Source: Chiloscyllium plagiosum
Lineage: Eukaryota
Assembly (NCBI RefSeq): GCF_004010195.1
Contig: NC_057719.1
Span: 25,931,641-25,995,640, forward strand
Direction of reading: 5' to 3'
DNA: 64,000 nt
Shown: positions 25,851 through 38,219 of the stretch, piece after piece
How positions within the stretch are numbered: position 1 is the first letter of the stretch
Layout of the letters: every line of letters starts with the position of its first letter
The notes under the pieces: generated by a model
Database searches by the model: none
Seen by the model: the letters and a program-made list of their open reading frames with translations, nothing else
Told to the model about the DNA's origin: nothing
Position numbers and translations under genes: made by a program

Positions 25851-26014
25851 CATATAACTAGAAAGCAGGAATTATCAATAGTGCTTCGCCCGGAGGCCCA
25901 CTGAAGGTGTTACCTAGTTGGGTGACGAAACATCTGGAAGTGAACCTTCCAGCTCAGCGAGCAAACCTACATCTAGAACCTCAACCTGAGCTAAAGATCT
26001 TCTTAAAGCTCGCT
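25851..26014 (+). mobile_element. Penelope pLTR fragment with a mutated HHR, nested in the CR1
   Basis: cca-CTGAAGG-t-gttacct-agtt-gggtgac-GAAAC-atc-tgg (25898-25937); homologous to 61880-61982. Confidence 0.8.
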
Positions 26015-27041
26015 ATTTGTCAAAACCCTTTGGATTCTCCTTAATTCTATTTGCCAAAGCTATCTCATGTCCTCTTTTTGCCCTCCTGATTTCCCTCCTA
26101 AATCTACTCCTACTGCCTTTATACTCTTCTCAGGATTCACTCGATCTATTCTGTCTATACCTGACATATGCTTCCTTCTTTTTCTTAACCAAACCCTCAA
26201 TTTCTTTCATCATCCAGCATTCCCTATACCTACCAGTCTTTCCTGACAGGAATATACTTTCTCTGGACTCTTATTATCTAATTTCTGAAGGCTTCCCATT
26301 TTCCAGCCGTCCCTTTATCTGCGAAAATTTGCCCCCTATCAGCTTTTGAAAGTTCTTGCCTAATACTGTCAAAATTGGCCTTTCTCCAATTTAGAACTTC
26401 AACTTTTAGATCTGGTCTATTCTTTTCCATCACTATTTTAAAGCTAATAGAATTATGGTCGCTGGCCCCAAAGTGCTCCCCCACTGACACTGCAGTCACC
26501 TGCCTGCCTTATTTCCCAAGTGTAAGTCAGGTTTTGCACCTTCTCTAGTAGGTACACCCACACACTGAATCAGAACATTTTCTTGTACACACTTAACAAA
26601 TTCCTCTCCATCTAAACCCTTAACACTATGGCAGTCCCAGTCTATGTTTGGAAAGTTAAAATCCCCTACCATAACCACCCTATTATTATTACAGATAACT
26701 AAGATCCCCTTACAAATTTCTTTCTCAACTTCCCTCTGACTATTAGGGGGTCTAAAGTAGAATCCCAATAATATGATCATCCCTTTCTTATTTCTCAATT
26801 CCACCCAAATAACTTCCCTGGATTTATTTCCGGGAATATTCTCCATCAGTACAGTTGTAATGCTATCTCTTATCAAAAATGCCACTCCCCCTCCTCTCTT
26901 GCTTTCCTTTCTCTCCTTCCTGTCGCATTTGTATCCTGGAACATTAAGCTGCCAGTCCTGCCCATCCCTGAGCCATGTTTCTTTAATTGCTGTGATATCC
27001 CAGTCCCATGTTCCTAACCATGCCCTGAGTTCATCTGCCTT

Positions 27042-28336
27042 TATAATCATCTAGCAATCAACAATTTGATTTCAGATAGTCAACATGGTTTCGTCAAGGG
27101 CAGGTCATGTCTCACAAACCTCACTGACTTTTTTGAAAAGGTGACCAAGCATGTAGATGAGGGTAGGGCATGGACTTCAGTAAAGCCTTTAATAAGGTTC
27201 CACATGGTAGGCTGTTGGAGAAAATGCAAAGGCATGGAATTGAGGGTGATTTAGCAGTTTGGATTAGAAACGGGCTTTCTGGAAGAAGGCAGCGAGTGGT
27301 GGTTGATGGAAAATATTCAGTCTGGAGTCCGGTTACTAGTGGTGTGCCACAAGGATCTGTTTTGGGACCACTGTTGTTTGTCATTTTTATAAATGATTTT
27401 GACACAGGCAGAGGTGATGGGTTAGTAAATTTGCAGACGACACTAAAGTAGGTGGAGTAGTGGACAGTTTGGAAGAATGTTACAGGTTGCAGGGAGACTT
27501 GGATAAACTGCAGAATTGGGCTGAGAGGTGACAAATGGAGTTCAATGCAGCTAAATATGAGGTGATGCACTTTGGGAAGAATAACAGGAAGACAGAGTAG
27601 TGGGTCACTGGAAAGATTCTTGGTAGTGTGGATGTGCAGAGGGATCTTGGAGTCCATGTGCATGGATCCCTGAAAGTTGCCACCCAGGTGGTTAGTGCTG
27701 TGAAGAAGGCATACGGTGTGTTAGGTTTCATTGATAGAGGGATTGAGTTCTGGAACCACAATATCATGCTGCAACTATACAAAACACTGGTGTGGCCACA
27801 CTTGAAATATTGTGTACAGTTCTAGTCGCCCCATTACAAAAAGGATGTGGAAGCATTGGAAAAGGTGCAGAGGAGATTTATCAGGATGTTGCCTGGTCTG
27901 GAGGGAAGGTCTTATGAGGAAAGGCTGAGAGACTTGGGTATGTTCTCATTGGAAAGAAGAAGGCTAAGGGGGGATTTGATAGAGACATACAAGATGATCA
28001 GAGGATTAGATCGGTTAGACAGTAAAAGTCTTTTTCCTAGGATGATGACATCAGCTTGTATGAGGGGGCATAACTACAAATTGAGGGGTGATAGGTTTAA
28101 GACAGATGTCAGAGGAAAGCTCTTTACGTAGAGAGTGGTAAGGGCATAGAATGCCCTACCTGCTAATGTAGTCAACTCAGCCACATTAGGGAGATTTAAA
28201 CAACCCTTAGGTAAGCATATGGATGATTTTGGGATAGTGTAGGGGGATGAGCTGAGAATAGTTCACAGGTTGGCGCAACATTGAGGGCCGAAGGGCCTGT
28301 TCTGCGCTATATTGTTCTATGTTCTATGTTGTATGT
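27042..28336 (+). mobile_element. 5'-truncated CR1 of a different subfamily, inserted antisense at the start of ORF2 of the host CR1
   Basis: [40 protein letters not shown] and ERRRLRGDLIETYK; (gttctat)n tail. Host sequence tctgcctt|accctgttagg rejoins across the insert. Confidence 0.92.
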
Positions 28337-30129
28337 ACCCTGTTAGGCCCCTTGCATTGAAATAAATTTCAATTTTAATTTATCAGTCCTACCTTGTTGT
28401 CTGCTTTGTCCCTGCCTGCTCTGACTGTTTGACTCGCTTCTGTTCTCAAGTCTACCAGTCTCAGATTGATCTCTTCCTGCACTATCTCCCTGGGTCTCCC
28501 CCACCAGGCACCACCCCCCCCACCCCCCACCACCCTCCACCTTACAAGTTTAAATCCTCCCGAGCAGCTCTCGCACATCTCCCTGACAGTATATTAGTCC
28601 CCTTCCAATTTAGGTGCAACCCATCCTTCTTGTACAGGTCACGTCTACCCCAATCATCCAAAAAATGTGAATCCTTTTCCCATACACCAGCTCCTCAGCC
28701 ACGCATTCATCTGCTCTACCCTTCATTCCTGCGCTCACTAGCTCGTAGCACCGGGGGTTATCCAGATATTACTACTCTCGAGGACCTCCTCTCTAAATTC
28801 CTGCCTAACTCTCTGTAATCTCCCTTCAGAATCTCAACCTTTTCCCTTCCTATGTCATTGTTTCCAATGTGCACAATGACCTCCTGCTGGCCCCTCTCCC
28901 CCTTGAGAACATTCTGCACCCACTCTGAGACATCCTTGATCCTGGCTCCAGGGAAGCAACACACGATTCTGATTTTTCGCTGTTGGCCACAGAAACGTCT
29001 GTCTGTACCTTGGACTAGACAGCCCCCAACACAATTGATCTCTTGGAACCAATGTACCCATCATTGCATTAGAGCCAGCCTCAATACCAGAAACATGGTG
29101 TTTGTGCTATATTCCCCTGAGAATCCATCACCCACTACATTTTCCAAAACAGCATACTTGTTTGAAATGAGGATTGCCAAAGAAGGCTCTTGCCTACCTC
29201 TCTTACCTTTCCTGGAGTTAACACGACTATGAGACTGTATCTGTGAATTTTTCCCCTTCCTATAACTGCCATCCATCTCATCCCCTTGCTCTTGTAAATT
29301 CCTCATTGCCTCTAACTGTGTCTCCAACTGATCCATTCGATCTCATAGGATTTGCAACCAATGGCATTTATTGCAGATATAATCCTCAGTAACCTGTAAA
29401 CTCTCCCTAAACTCCCACATCCGACAAGAAGAGCCTATCACTCTACTAAAGGCCATTTTTGCTCTGCAAAATCTCCAGACCCAAAAAATAGCACTGTCTT
29501 ATTCCTCTATAAAACCCTGCTCCACGTTAAATTAATACTTATGGCTTATAGTTTATGTTTAATCAAGAAACATATCTCAATAAACATATAATCAAGAAAG
29601 AACCCACTCTACTCACTACTGCAGACTTACTGTATGGCCATGCTTAAATATTCACTTTCTGTGCTGTGACCTCTCCCAAACAGGTTCCTCCAAGATCAGT
29701 TGTGAATTTCACTGTTTGTTCATTTTCCCAGACGCACTCCGAAGTCCAGCAATACATGAATTCAATAGAAAGGCAGTAACTGTCCAGGTTCACTGCTCTG
29801 TCATTTTCTTTCTCCCTCTTGCTTCTGCACTGACCTCACCATGTGCTTCCTTTGTCTGTGCCTCTCCCTTTTAAAAGTGCTGTTGTTTTGCCTTTTTTTT
29901 TCTCCAAAGTTCCAAAACAATGCAACAACATAAAAAACAGTTATTGCTGCTCCTGGAATTCGAAGAAGTTACCTCCAACACTTAAAATACCACAAAAATT
30001 CAGATTGAACCATTGGCCACTCAACCTCTCTTCCTCAATCCTCAGGTACAGTTCCCCACCCTTCTCCCATTTCAAATCTGCTGATATCAGCCACTTTCTC
30101 AAACAAATCTCTCCATCAAACCTGTGTAC

Positions 30130-30555
30130 ATGTAAACTACTACTAGAGATTGATTGTTTGTGGTTGTGTTGCCAGTCAGCCCCTCCATCACCAAATTCAG
30201 TAGCAGCAGTGTGTACAATCACCAAGATGTGCTGCAGAAATTCACCAAAGATCCTTAGACAGCACTTTCCAAACCCACGACCACTACCACCTCCAAGTAC
30301 AAGAACAGCAGATTCATGGCAATACTACCACCTGCAAGTTCATCCCCAAGCCCACTTGCCATCCTGACTTGGAAATGTATCATTGTTCATTCAATGTGGC
30401 AGGGTCAAGATCCTGGAATGCCCCTCCTAATAGCATTACAGGTGCACCTGCACCAAATGAACCATAGCAGCTCAAGAATGCAACTCACTACCACCTTCCC
30501 TAGGGCAACTGGGACAGACAATAAATGCCAGACACATCCCATGAATGGATAAAAG
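30130..30555 (+). mobile_element. 3' end of an L2/CR1-group LINE sharing its tail with the SacSINE-like SINE
   Basis: ccatcctgacttggaaatg...gggcaactgggacagacaataaatgccagacacatcccatgaatg; the tail matches 54750-54800. Confidence 0.7.
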
Positions 30556-30559
30556 AATT

Positions 30560-31660
30560 CTAACCTTCCTTTCATCTCTAATGTGTTGAAAAGGTTGACA
30601 CTTTACAAATCTAAGCCCATCTTTCCCACAATTGCATGATTGGATCCCTTTATTCAGGTTTCTGGCCCTATCACATTCCTTGTTAGAGCAATAAATTCCG
30701 TTCTTTGCTGCTAAGGCCATAATAAGTTATCTATCCTCATCCTTCTCAACCTCTATGCATCCTTCAATACAGTTGACCACACTGTTCTTCTCATACATCT
30801 CTCTGCCATCATCCAGCTGGCTGGAATTTATTTGGTCCTATACATTCTTCCCTACTTAATCAGAGGCAGACCAATAGTTCCTATGTCTTCTCTTCCAACT
30901 CTCACCCTGTTTCCTCTGGATTTCTACAAAACATTACCTTTAGTCTTTTCCAATTTCTCCTCTACATTCTACTCAACTCTATCTCGCCAGCACTATCTTG
31001 GATCCCTTTGGTGTATCTAACTTGTCACATTGGTTATCTGACATCCATATTTGGATGAGCAGAAAATTCCACCAATGCTGGGAAGATTGAAACCGCTGTC
31101 TTTGGCCTCTGACAGTCTTCACTGCTTCCATCTTTAACATAACTGCTCACATCCTGGGTGTTGTATTTGACCCTGAGATCTGCAACCACTCCGTAAACGT
31201 TTGCTTATCCACAACTCTGTTTCTCATATCTAAACTCATTCCAAATTTCCACGTGATTGATCACAGACAGGACTCAATTTTAAAAGTTCTTCCTCGATTT
31301 TAATTTCTTATACAGGTTTGCTCCTCTTTTACTCCACCATCTTCCACCACCTTAACAAACCATTAAAATATCTGCACTCCTCCAGTTTTGACCACTTCTG
31401 TATCCTTCACTTTCATTAACATTGGTGGTTATATTTTCCGCACAGCTGTCTTGACCTGAAAATCCCAAGATTCCTCCCCGATACTTTCAGCTTCTCCTTG
31501 AATTTTCTCCTTAAAACTTTGATCACAGTTCTGATATTCAATTATCTCCTGCTGTCATAAATGTAACAAATTGTTTTTACTGATATTGTTTTCGCTAAGT
31601 TTCTTGAAATGCCTCACAATATGAAACATACACTTTAATTGTAAGTTGCTGTTGTTGAAA
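30560..31660 (+). mobile_element. Highly degraded L2-like LINE
   Basis: Residual RT-like stretch ctcatccttctcaacctctatgcatccttcaatacagttgaccacactgttcttctc (LILLNLYASFNTVDHTVLL) and ctgggtgttgtatttgaccctgag. Confidence 0.55.
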
Positions 31661-33061
31661 TTAAGATTTCAAAAGTTTAGTTTCGACTCTTCCACATGTC
31701 AGCAATTCATTCAATATTTCAGATGACTAGCCTGATTCTAAAAGTAATTCAGGTTTTACTTAGATTAATGCTACCTCACAGCCATAAACTCTTCAAACTG
31801 TGAATCGTTTAATGACTTGATCATTTGTTGCCTTCAAATTCTGCAAGCTCAGTGTTATATAATATTCAAAAGATGATTTATTGTTAAAGCCCAAATGTAG
31901 TCTATGATCCAATATAGAAGCATGTTCATATACAAATCCAGAGATGATTTTACAGTTTCCAATCTTCTAAGTATGAATGGAAAGTAATGCTCTGGATTCA
32001 GGTTTTAATTTGGCTATGACACTCCAGAAGTGTATAACATACAAAAGGTTTGAGTACAAGTTATAATAAACAATCTTTATGATTGTTGTTTTATAAATAG
32101 CAGCTTGTTGTTAAGTATTAGAATAAATCTTTTCAGCAAAATAAATCAAGTGATACATTTGCACAATAAAGCACCATTATCGACATTAGCCTGACCAGGT
32201 GTAGCCGAGAACTCTGTGGGAACCTAGAGAAGTGATTGTTGGGCCTCTTGCTGAGATATTTGTATCATCAATAGTCACAGGTGAGGTGCCAGAAGACTGG
32301 AGGTTGACAAACGTGGTGCCACTGTTTAAGAAGAGCGGTAAGGACAAGACAGGAAACTATTGACCGGTGAGCCCGTACATGTATTTGGAAAGGCAAAGAC
32401 TGATTAGGGATAGTCAACATGGCTTTGTGCGTGGGAAATCATGTCTCACAAACTTGACTGAGTTATTTGAAGAAGTAACAAAGAGGATTGATGAGGGCAG
32501 AGCAGTAGATGTGATCTATATGGACTTCAGTAAGGCGTTCAACAAGGATCCCCATGGGAGACTGGTTAACAAGGCTAGATCTCTCAGAATACAGGGAGAA
32601 CTAGCCATTTGGATACAGAACTGCCTCAAAGGTAGAAGACAGAGGGTGGTGGTGGAGGGTTGTTTTTCAGACTGAAGGCCTGTGACCAGTGGAGTGCCAC
32701 AAGGATTGTGGCTGGGTCCTCTACTTTCTGTCATTTACATAAATGATTTGTATGCGAGCATAAGAGGTACAGTCAGTAAGTTTGCAGATGACACCAAAAT
32801 TGGAGGTGCTGTGGACAATGAAGAAGGTTACCTCAGAGTACAACTGGATCTTGATCAGATGGGCCAATGGGCCGAGAAGTGGCAGATGGAGTTTAATTCC
32901 GATAAATGCGAGGTGCTGCATTTTGGGAAAGCAAATCTTAGCAGGACTTATACACTTAATGGTAAGGTCCTAGGGAGAGTTGCTGAACAAAGAGACCTTG
33001 GAGTGCAGGTTCATAGCTGCTTGAAAGTGGAGTCGCAGGTAGATAGGATAGTGAAGAAGGC

Positions 33062-33788
33062 NNNNNNNNNNNNNNNNNNNNNNNNNNNNNNNNNNNNNNN
33101 NNNNNNNNNNNNNNNNNNNNNNNNNNNNNNNNNNNNNNNNNNNNNNNNNNNNNNNNNNNNNNNNNNNNNNNNNNNNNNNNNNNNNNNNNNNNNNNNNNNN
33201 NNNNNNNNNNNNNNNNNNNNNNNNNNNNNNNNNNNNNNNNNNNNNNNNNNNNNNNNNNNNNNNNNNNNNNNNNNNNNNNNNNNNNNNNNNNNNNNNNNNN
33301 NNNNNNNNNNNNNNNNNNNNNNNNNNNNNNNNNNNNNNNNNNNNNNNNNNNNNNNNNNNNNNNNNNNNNNNNNNNNNNNNNNNNNNNNNNNNNNNNNNNN
33401 NNNNNNNNNNNNNNNNNNNNNNNNNNNNNNNNNNNNNNNNNNNNNNNNNNNNNNNNNNNNNNNNNNNNNNNNNNNNNNNNNNNNNNNNNNNNNNNNNNNN
33501 NNNNNNNNNNNNNNNNNNNNNNNNNNNNNNNNNNNNNNNNNNNNNNNNNNNNNNNNNNNNNNNNNNNNNNNNNNNNNNNNNNNNNNNNNNNNNNNNNNNN
33601 NNNNNNNNNNNNNNNNNNNNNNNNNNNNNNNNNNNNNNNNNNNNNNNNNNNNNNNNNNNNNNNNNNNNNNNNNNNNNNNNNNNNNNNNNNNNNNNNNNNN
33701 NNNNNNNNNNNNNNNNNNNNNNNNNNNNNNNNNNNNNNNNNNNNNNNNNNNNNNNNNNNNNNNNNNNNNNNNNNNNNNNNNNNNNNNN
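33062..33788. other. Assembly gap (727 N)
   Basis: Run of N. Confidence 1.
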
Positions 33789-34118
33789 ACCTTATCTCAG
33801 TCCCAACCCCCGGATTCAGCACCGCCCTCTTGACCTGTAATCTTCTTCCCAACCTCTCTGCACCCACCCCCTCCCTGGCCTATCACCCTCACCCTCACAT
33901 CCTTCCACCTATCGTATTCCTAGCGTCCCTCCCCCAAATTCCCTCCCCCCACTACCTTTTATCTCAGCCCGCTTTGCACACCAGCCTCATTCCTGGAGAA
34001 GGGCTTATGCCTGAAACGTTGATTCTCCTGCTCCTCGGATGCTGCCTGGCCTGCTGTGTTTTTCCAGCACCTCACTTTTCAATTCTGGTCTCCAGCATTT
34101 GCAGTCCTCACTTTCTCT
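33789..34118 (+). mobile_element. Penelope pLTR nested in the CR1, with an HHR carrying a core mutation
   Basis: ctggagaagggcttatgcctgaaacgtt (33993-34020), ending gcagtcctcactttctc. Confidence 0.88.
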
Positions 34119-34556
34119 TGGTACGTGTATGGAATGAGCTGCCAGAGGAAGTGGTGGAGGCTGGTACAATTGCAACATTTAAGAGGCATTTGGATGGGTA
34201 TTTGAATACGAAGGATTTGGAGGGATATGGGCTGGGTGCTGACAGGTGGGACTAGATTGAGTTGGGATATCTGGTCGGCATGGACAGGTTGGACCAAAGG
34301 GTCTGTTTCCATGCTGTACATCTCTATGACTCTATCTATAATTCTGTCATGGGGTAGTGTTTCAGCCTTTTTTCAGCTAATGATTCAGATTCTAATCAAG
34401 CATCATTTCGAGTGAACAACATTTGAAAGCTATACTTTCTGTCTGGAAACTGAAAATCATTCTATTGTGAATACTGTTCTCATCAGGAGAAGGGATGTCC
34501 ATGCCAGAAAACAGGATTGGGGATAGAAGGAGCAACCTATGGAATCTCAGCCTTAC

Positions 34557-34614
34557 CGTGTCAATTGCAGAATACTTCTACCTTTGAAACTTGCAAAGTT
34601 CTTGTGCCTGCCAT
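34557..34614 (-). CDS. Candidate 58-nt exon (phase 1-2): GRHKNFASFKGRSILQLT
   Basis: Strong acceptor gtttttgttattttcag| and donor acg|gtaagg. A single open frame, phase-compatible with 20473-20553. Confidence 0.38.
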
Positions 34615-35099
34615 CTGAAAATAACAAAAACTTCCAAAGAACTGAAAAATATCAGAATCCAGCTTGGATCGAATGTTCCATTTTAATCTACCATGTCAAT
34701 CCAAATTGAGCAATAAATAAGAGAACTAAATAAGTTAGTCATACATTGTGCTTTCTGGCACCTCAGAATATCCAAAAACTCTTCAACAGAACTTGAGAAC
34801 ACATTTAAGGTAGTCACTCCTGTGCAATAACAACAACTTGAATTTAGATGGCATCTTTAACATAAGACAATGTTCCAAGGCAATGGTATCTATTGAAGGG
34901 TTTTAAGAAAAGTAGGTGAGAACATGACAAATGTAATATTCCAAAGGGCCCTTGATTTGGAAACCATTTCTTTTGATTCAAATGTCACTCCACTATTTAT
35001 GAAATCTGACTCAGGAAACCAGGAAATTATTAACCAATAAGCCTGACATCTGCTGTCATAAAAAAGCTAGAACCTGTGACTATAGAGATAGTGACTGAA

Positions 35100-35940
35100 A
35101 ACTGAAGGTTTTTTTGGCTGATCAAAGAACGCCAGCATGGATGTGTAAAGGGATGTAACTGGATTCATAATTGTCAAGCCTGACAAATCGAATTGAATTT
35201 TTGGAAGAGAGGAGACTATCCATGAATATTATTATTATTAGATTGACTTCAAGAAGGCATTTGATGAAGTTCCTCATGAGACATTATCAGGTAAGTGTTG
35301 AAGCTCATTAATAGAAGGCAGACTTAGTTTGGAAATTGCTTAACAGAGAGATGCAGAGAGCGTGGATAATATTGGACAGATACTCAAATTGTCAGGATGT
35401 GACAAGAGGTGCCCCACAAGGACTTGTGGGATAGAATCAGGGTCAGGGACCTCAACTATTTACTGCATTCAGTAATGGTTAGATGCTGGGGCAGAAAGCC
35501 ACATATCCAAATTTTTCAATGACATGAGATTTCTAGCATTGCAAGCACTGTCGATGGAAGTCCACAATTACAAAGAGATATTGGCGTATGAAGTCTTTGG
35601 ACATATCTCAATGTAAGCAAATGTTTGGTCATTCATTTTGAATCTAAGAAGGATAGAACAGGATATTCCTAAATCATGAAAAGCTAGAAGTGGGGTTACA
35701 ATAGCGATCATTAATATATCATGAACAGGTACAGAAAATAATCATAAAGGTTAATGCAATACTGTCCTTTATAGTTAAATGAATAGAATACAAAGGGAAA
35801 GCAAAGTTATACTTAAGCTATGTAATTCCTGTCTTGATCACATCTGGAGTTCTAGGAACCGCACATCCCCAAGGACATAATATCCTTGGAATTGGCATAG
35901 TGCAGATTTAGCAGAATGTTACATGAATACCAAAGGCTCA
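35100..35940 (+). mobile_element. Old degraded CR1 RT fragment
   Basis: gacttcaagaaggcatttgatgaagttcctcat (DFKKAFDEVPH) and gtgacaagaggtgccccacaagga (VTRGAPQG). Confidence 0.75.
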
Positions 35941-36390
35941 ATTTCCCTCATGGAGGAAAGAAACAGGAATTGGGACTTTTTTTGACACAGTGAGTTTTCT
36001 TCCACCTCAGCGATGCCACCAGGTGAGTGTGGGACAACTTGGAGTCAGACATTGAGTGGGTATTACAGGTAAAAAGTTCACCTCCATTTCCAGAAACAAT
36101 GACTCAATTCTTTAAATCAGTTTAAATCACCCTTCACCCACATCTCCCTCCCATCCTCACCCATGCAGTATTCACTTCATAAACAATTCACAAACACTTT
36201 GAAGAACTCAAAATAAAGAAACATTACTTGAATTGGCACATAATCACAATCCTATTGAGAAACCCAAAGATCTGTCAAAATTAATAAACATCATTTGGCA
36301 AGATGCATAAAAATCATTCATTTCTTCAGAATCTCATAGGTCTGTTAAAATAGAAGAATATCTCTTGAAAGGTGTTTAAAAATTCATTAC

Positions 36391-36484
36391 CTTGTTCAGA
36401 ACCATAGAAATGTCTTGGAAGAAATAAGCTCATACTACAAAGAAGATCTGCGTAAACAAACCCTGTAGTGCACAGTCCAGCCAT
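36391..36484 (-). CDS. Candidate first coding exon: MAGLCTTGFVYADLLCSMSLFLPRHFYGSEQ
   Basis: Kozak-like accATGG preceded by an in-frame stop; donor aag|gtaatg; phase 1, compatible with 34557-34614. May lie inside an old repeat. Confidence 0.25.
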
Positions 36485-38108
36485 GGTTTAAAGAGAGTCA
36501 AGTCACTAAAATACCATAATTCTAGACAGCTGAATAGACAATCTTTGCAATTCAGAAGCCATTAGTGATTTGAAAGGAATCCAAAGAATCAACTCATATT
36601 CCCAGGACAGCAGTTCAAACAGATCCCACAGCAAAGAATGTATTCGTGCATTTCAAGAGAGTCAAAAGCTCAGATATTTGTCAAAACCTTCAGATACTGA
36701 TGACTGAAAGGTGCTTTAAAGAATGAGTAAAAACAATGTGTAAACAATTAGCCCTGGCTCAAATATTGGCTAGGGTTTCAATATAACATATATAAAAAAA
36801 CACTTTTTCCTGTGGATCATCTACTCCAATACATCTGAAGATGATTCCATATCTTCATTGTCAAAGGTAAGAACTTGCCACTTGCATTATTTAATGGTCT
36901 CTTGCCTTTTCAATTACAACTTTACCACTTCAGCACACACAGATATAACTTAGACAACACCTTTTTTCTAACTATTTAGACTCCTCCCACTTCCACTCAA
37001 TGGTTCATGCCCTATGCCTCTTACGTTGCACAATGTATGATTTGGAAAGGTTTCCAAAACATTGTCACTTCACTAAAAATTGCAGACAATTTGATATTCC
37101 ATGTTAATGACCCCAACTCAACTCTTTAATATTTAGGTTTCTATTTTCCCAAACTCATGAAACAAATGAGACATTGAGAAAGCGCAACATGGAAACTTGA
37201 GTAGGTACCTGGCAAGATCAGCTTGGTGCTTATTGTGAACAATGAGCACTGACATGCCAGGACACTCTACATGGGCACCAGCGACATGCACTCACACCCA
37301 CAGACATTAGCTTTTGGAAAATGCCAACCTACGCACTTCTGCTCTTCAATGCTGCAACTCGGTCTGCACCAGCTTCTGTCATTGTAACACTGTAGCAAAG
37401 ACACTGCGTGCTCAGGAACACATACCCTGTGTATGGACTGGAGCAAGCTACACGTTCAAGCTCTTTACTCACTGTCATAACACTCACTCCCTATGAACCT
37501 ACCTAGGTACTCACAACACCCCTGCCTTGCATTGCATTGTTTTTTGTACCTTGCCCCCTCAGCCAAAGTGAGCAGCCTTACAGTCCTACTGTACTACCAC
37601 AAAATGTATCACAGATATAAAGGAAAGAAGCCCATCATTGTTGTCAGCAGACCTCATTCAAGTTAAGGAGGATAGTCTTCACTCACAGAGATCCAGAATT
37701 GTAAGTAAATGCCTCAGATACCAGCCCAGAGGCTTGGAAACTGTCCGTCAGTCACTCAAGATGGTCAGAATCAGACTGTTCTCCACATAGGGGTGAGCAG
37801 CTGAATGTCGAGCAGCCCACTACTCATCTTTAGACTTTCTACCCCACTGGAATGAAAGAGGAACAAGTATTACAGGAGGTAAAAGTGGACTGCATAGCTG
37901 TAACTTTTGGTTCAGCCAAGGACAACATCATGGGCAAGTGTGGAGGCAACACAGAGGGCACATGGAGTTAGTTATGTCACGAGTGACAGGCAAATGGGGA
38001 AGATGCTGCAGCCAATAGTGAGATTGGTAGGGCACGAGCCTCAGTGGGAGGTGGGTCCAATAGCAGAGATAGAGTGCGAGGTAAGAGAGCGAAGTTGATA
38101 GCATCTAT

Positions 38109-38219
38109 TCTGGCAGAGTGGAGCAAGTCATTGACCTTCTTCCTACATTGCTGTGCATTCCTCAAGGTGGCTAGCATTGCAATGACCCAGGTGGCACAGT
38201 CTGATATTATAGCTTCCAC
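38109..38219 (-). pseudogene. Remnant of a Harbinger Myb/SANT-like protein
   Basis: LRNAQQCRKKVNDLLHSAR matches the R..QCRK+.NDL helix of Myb/SANT-like (Myb_DNA-bind_5) domains. Confidence 0.65.

Larger units (their letters stand above)
24630..29950 (-). mobile_element. Originally near-full-length CR1 LINE (5'UTR, ORF1 with SGNH esterase, ORF2 endonuclease, partial RT, 3' end), now broken by three nested insertions and deletions
   Basis: ORF1 from ATG 29456 (MAFSRVIGSSCRMWE..YICNKC). Esterase CCFPGARIKDV..VHIGNNDIG (28758-28964). APE endonuclease KADELRAWLGTWDWDITAIKETWL..VVMVGDFNFPNIDW..GASDHN (26278-27040). [17 protein letters not shown] (25625-25813). 3' tail near 24630. Confidence 0.92.
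32205..34335 (+). mobile_element. CR1/HER1 LINE (RT region to 3' end) spanning the assembly gap
   Basis: [43 protein letters not shown]; 3' end resumes at about 34119. Confidence 0.9.

Noticed and set aside
26496..27050. 184-aa endonuclease ORF as a functional gene
   Set aside because: It is CR1 ORF2 APE domain, cut off by a nested insertion and frameshifted downstream.
29843..30367. 174-aa plus-strand ORF
   Set aside because: A chance read-through across a CR1 5'UTR (antisense) and LINE fragments; no coherent domain.
32682..33867. Long ORFs of 383 aa and 303 aa
   Set aside because: Artefacts of translating through the N gap; the real part is CR1 RT.
36011..36022. Plus-strand 12-nt microexon (ccacctcag|cgatgccaccag|gtgagt)
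   Set aside because: Splice sites are good, but it is isolated, probably lies in old repeat sequence, and I found no supporting plus-strand exons.
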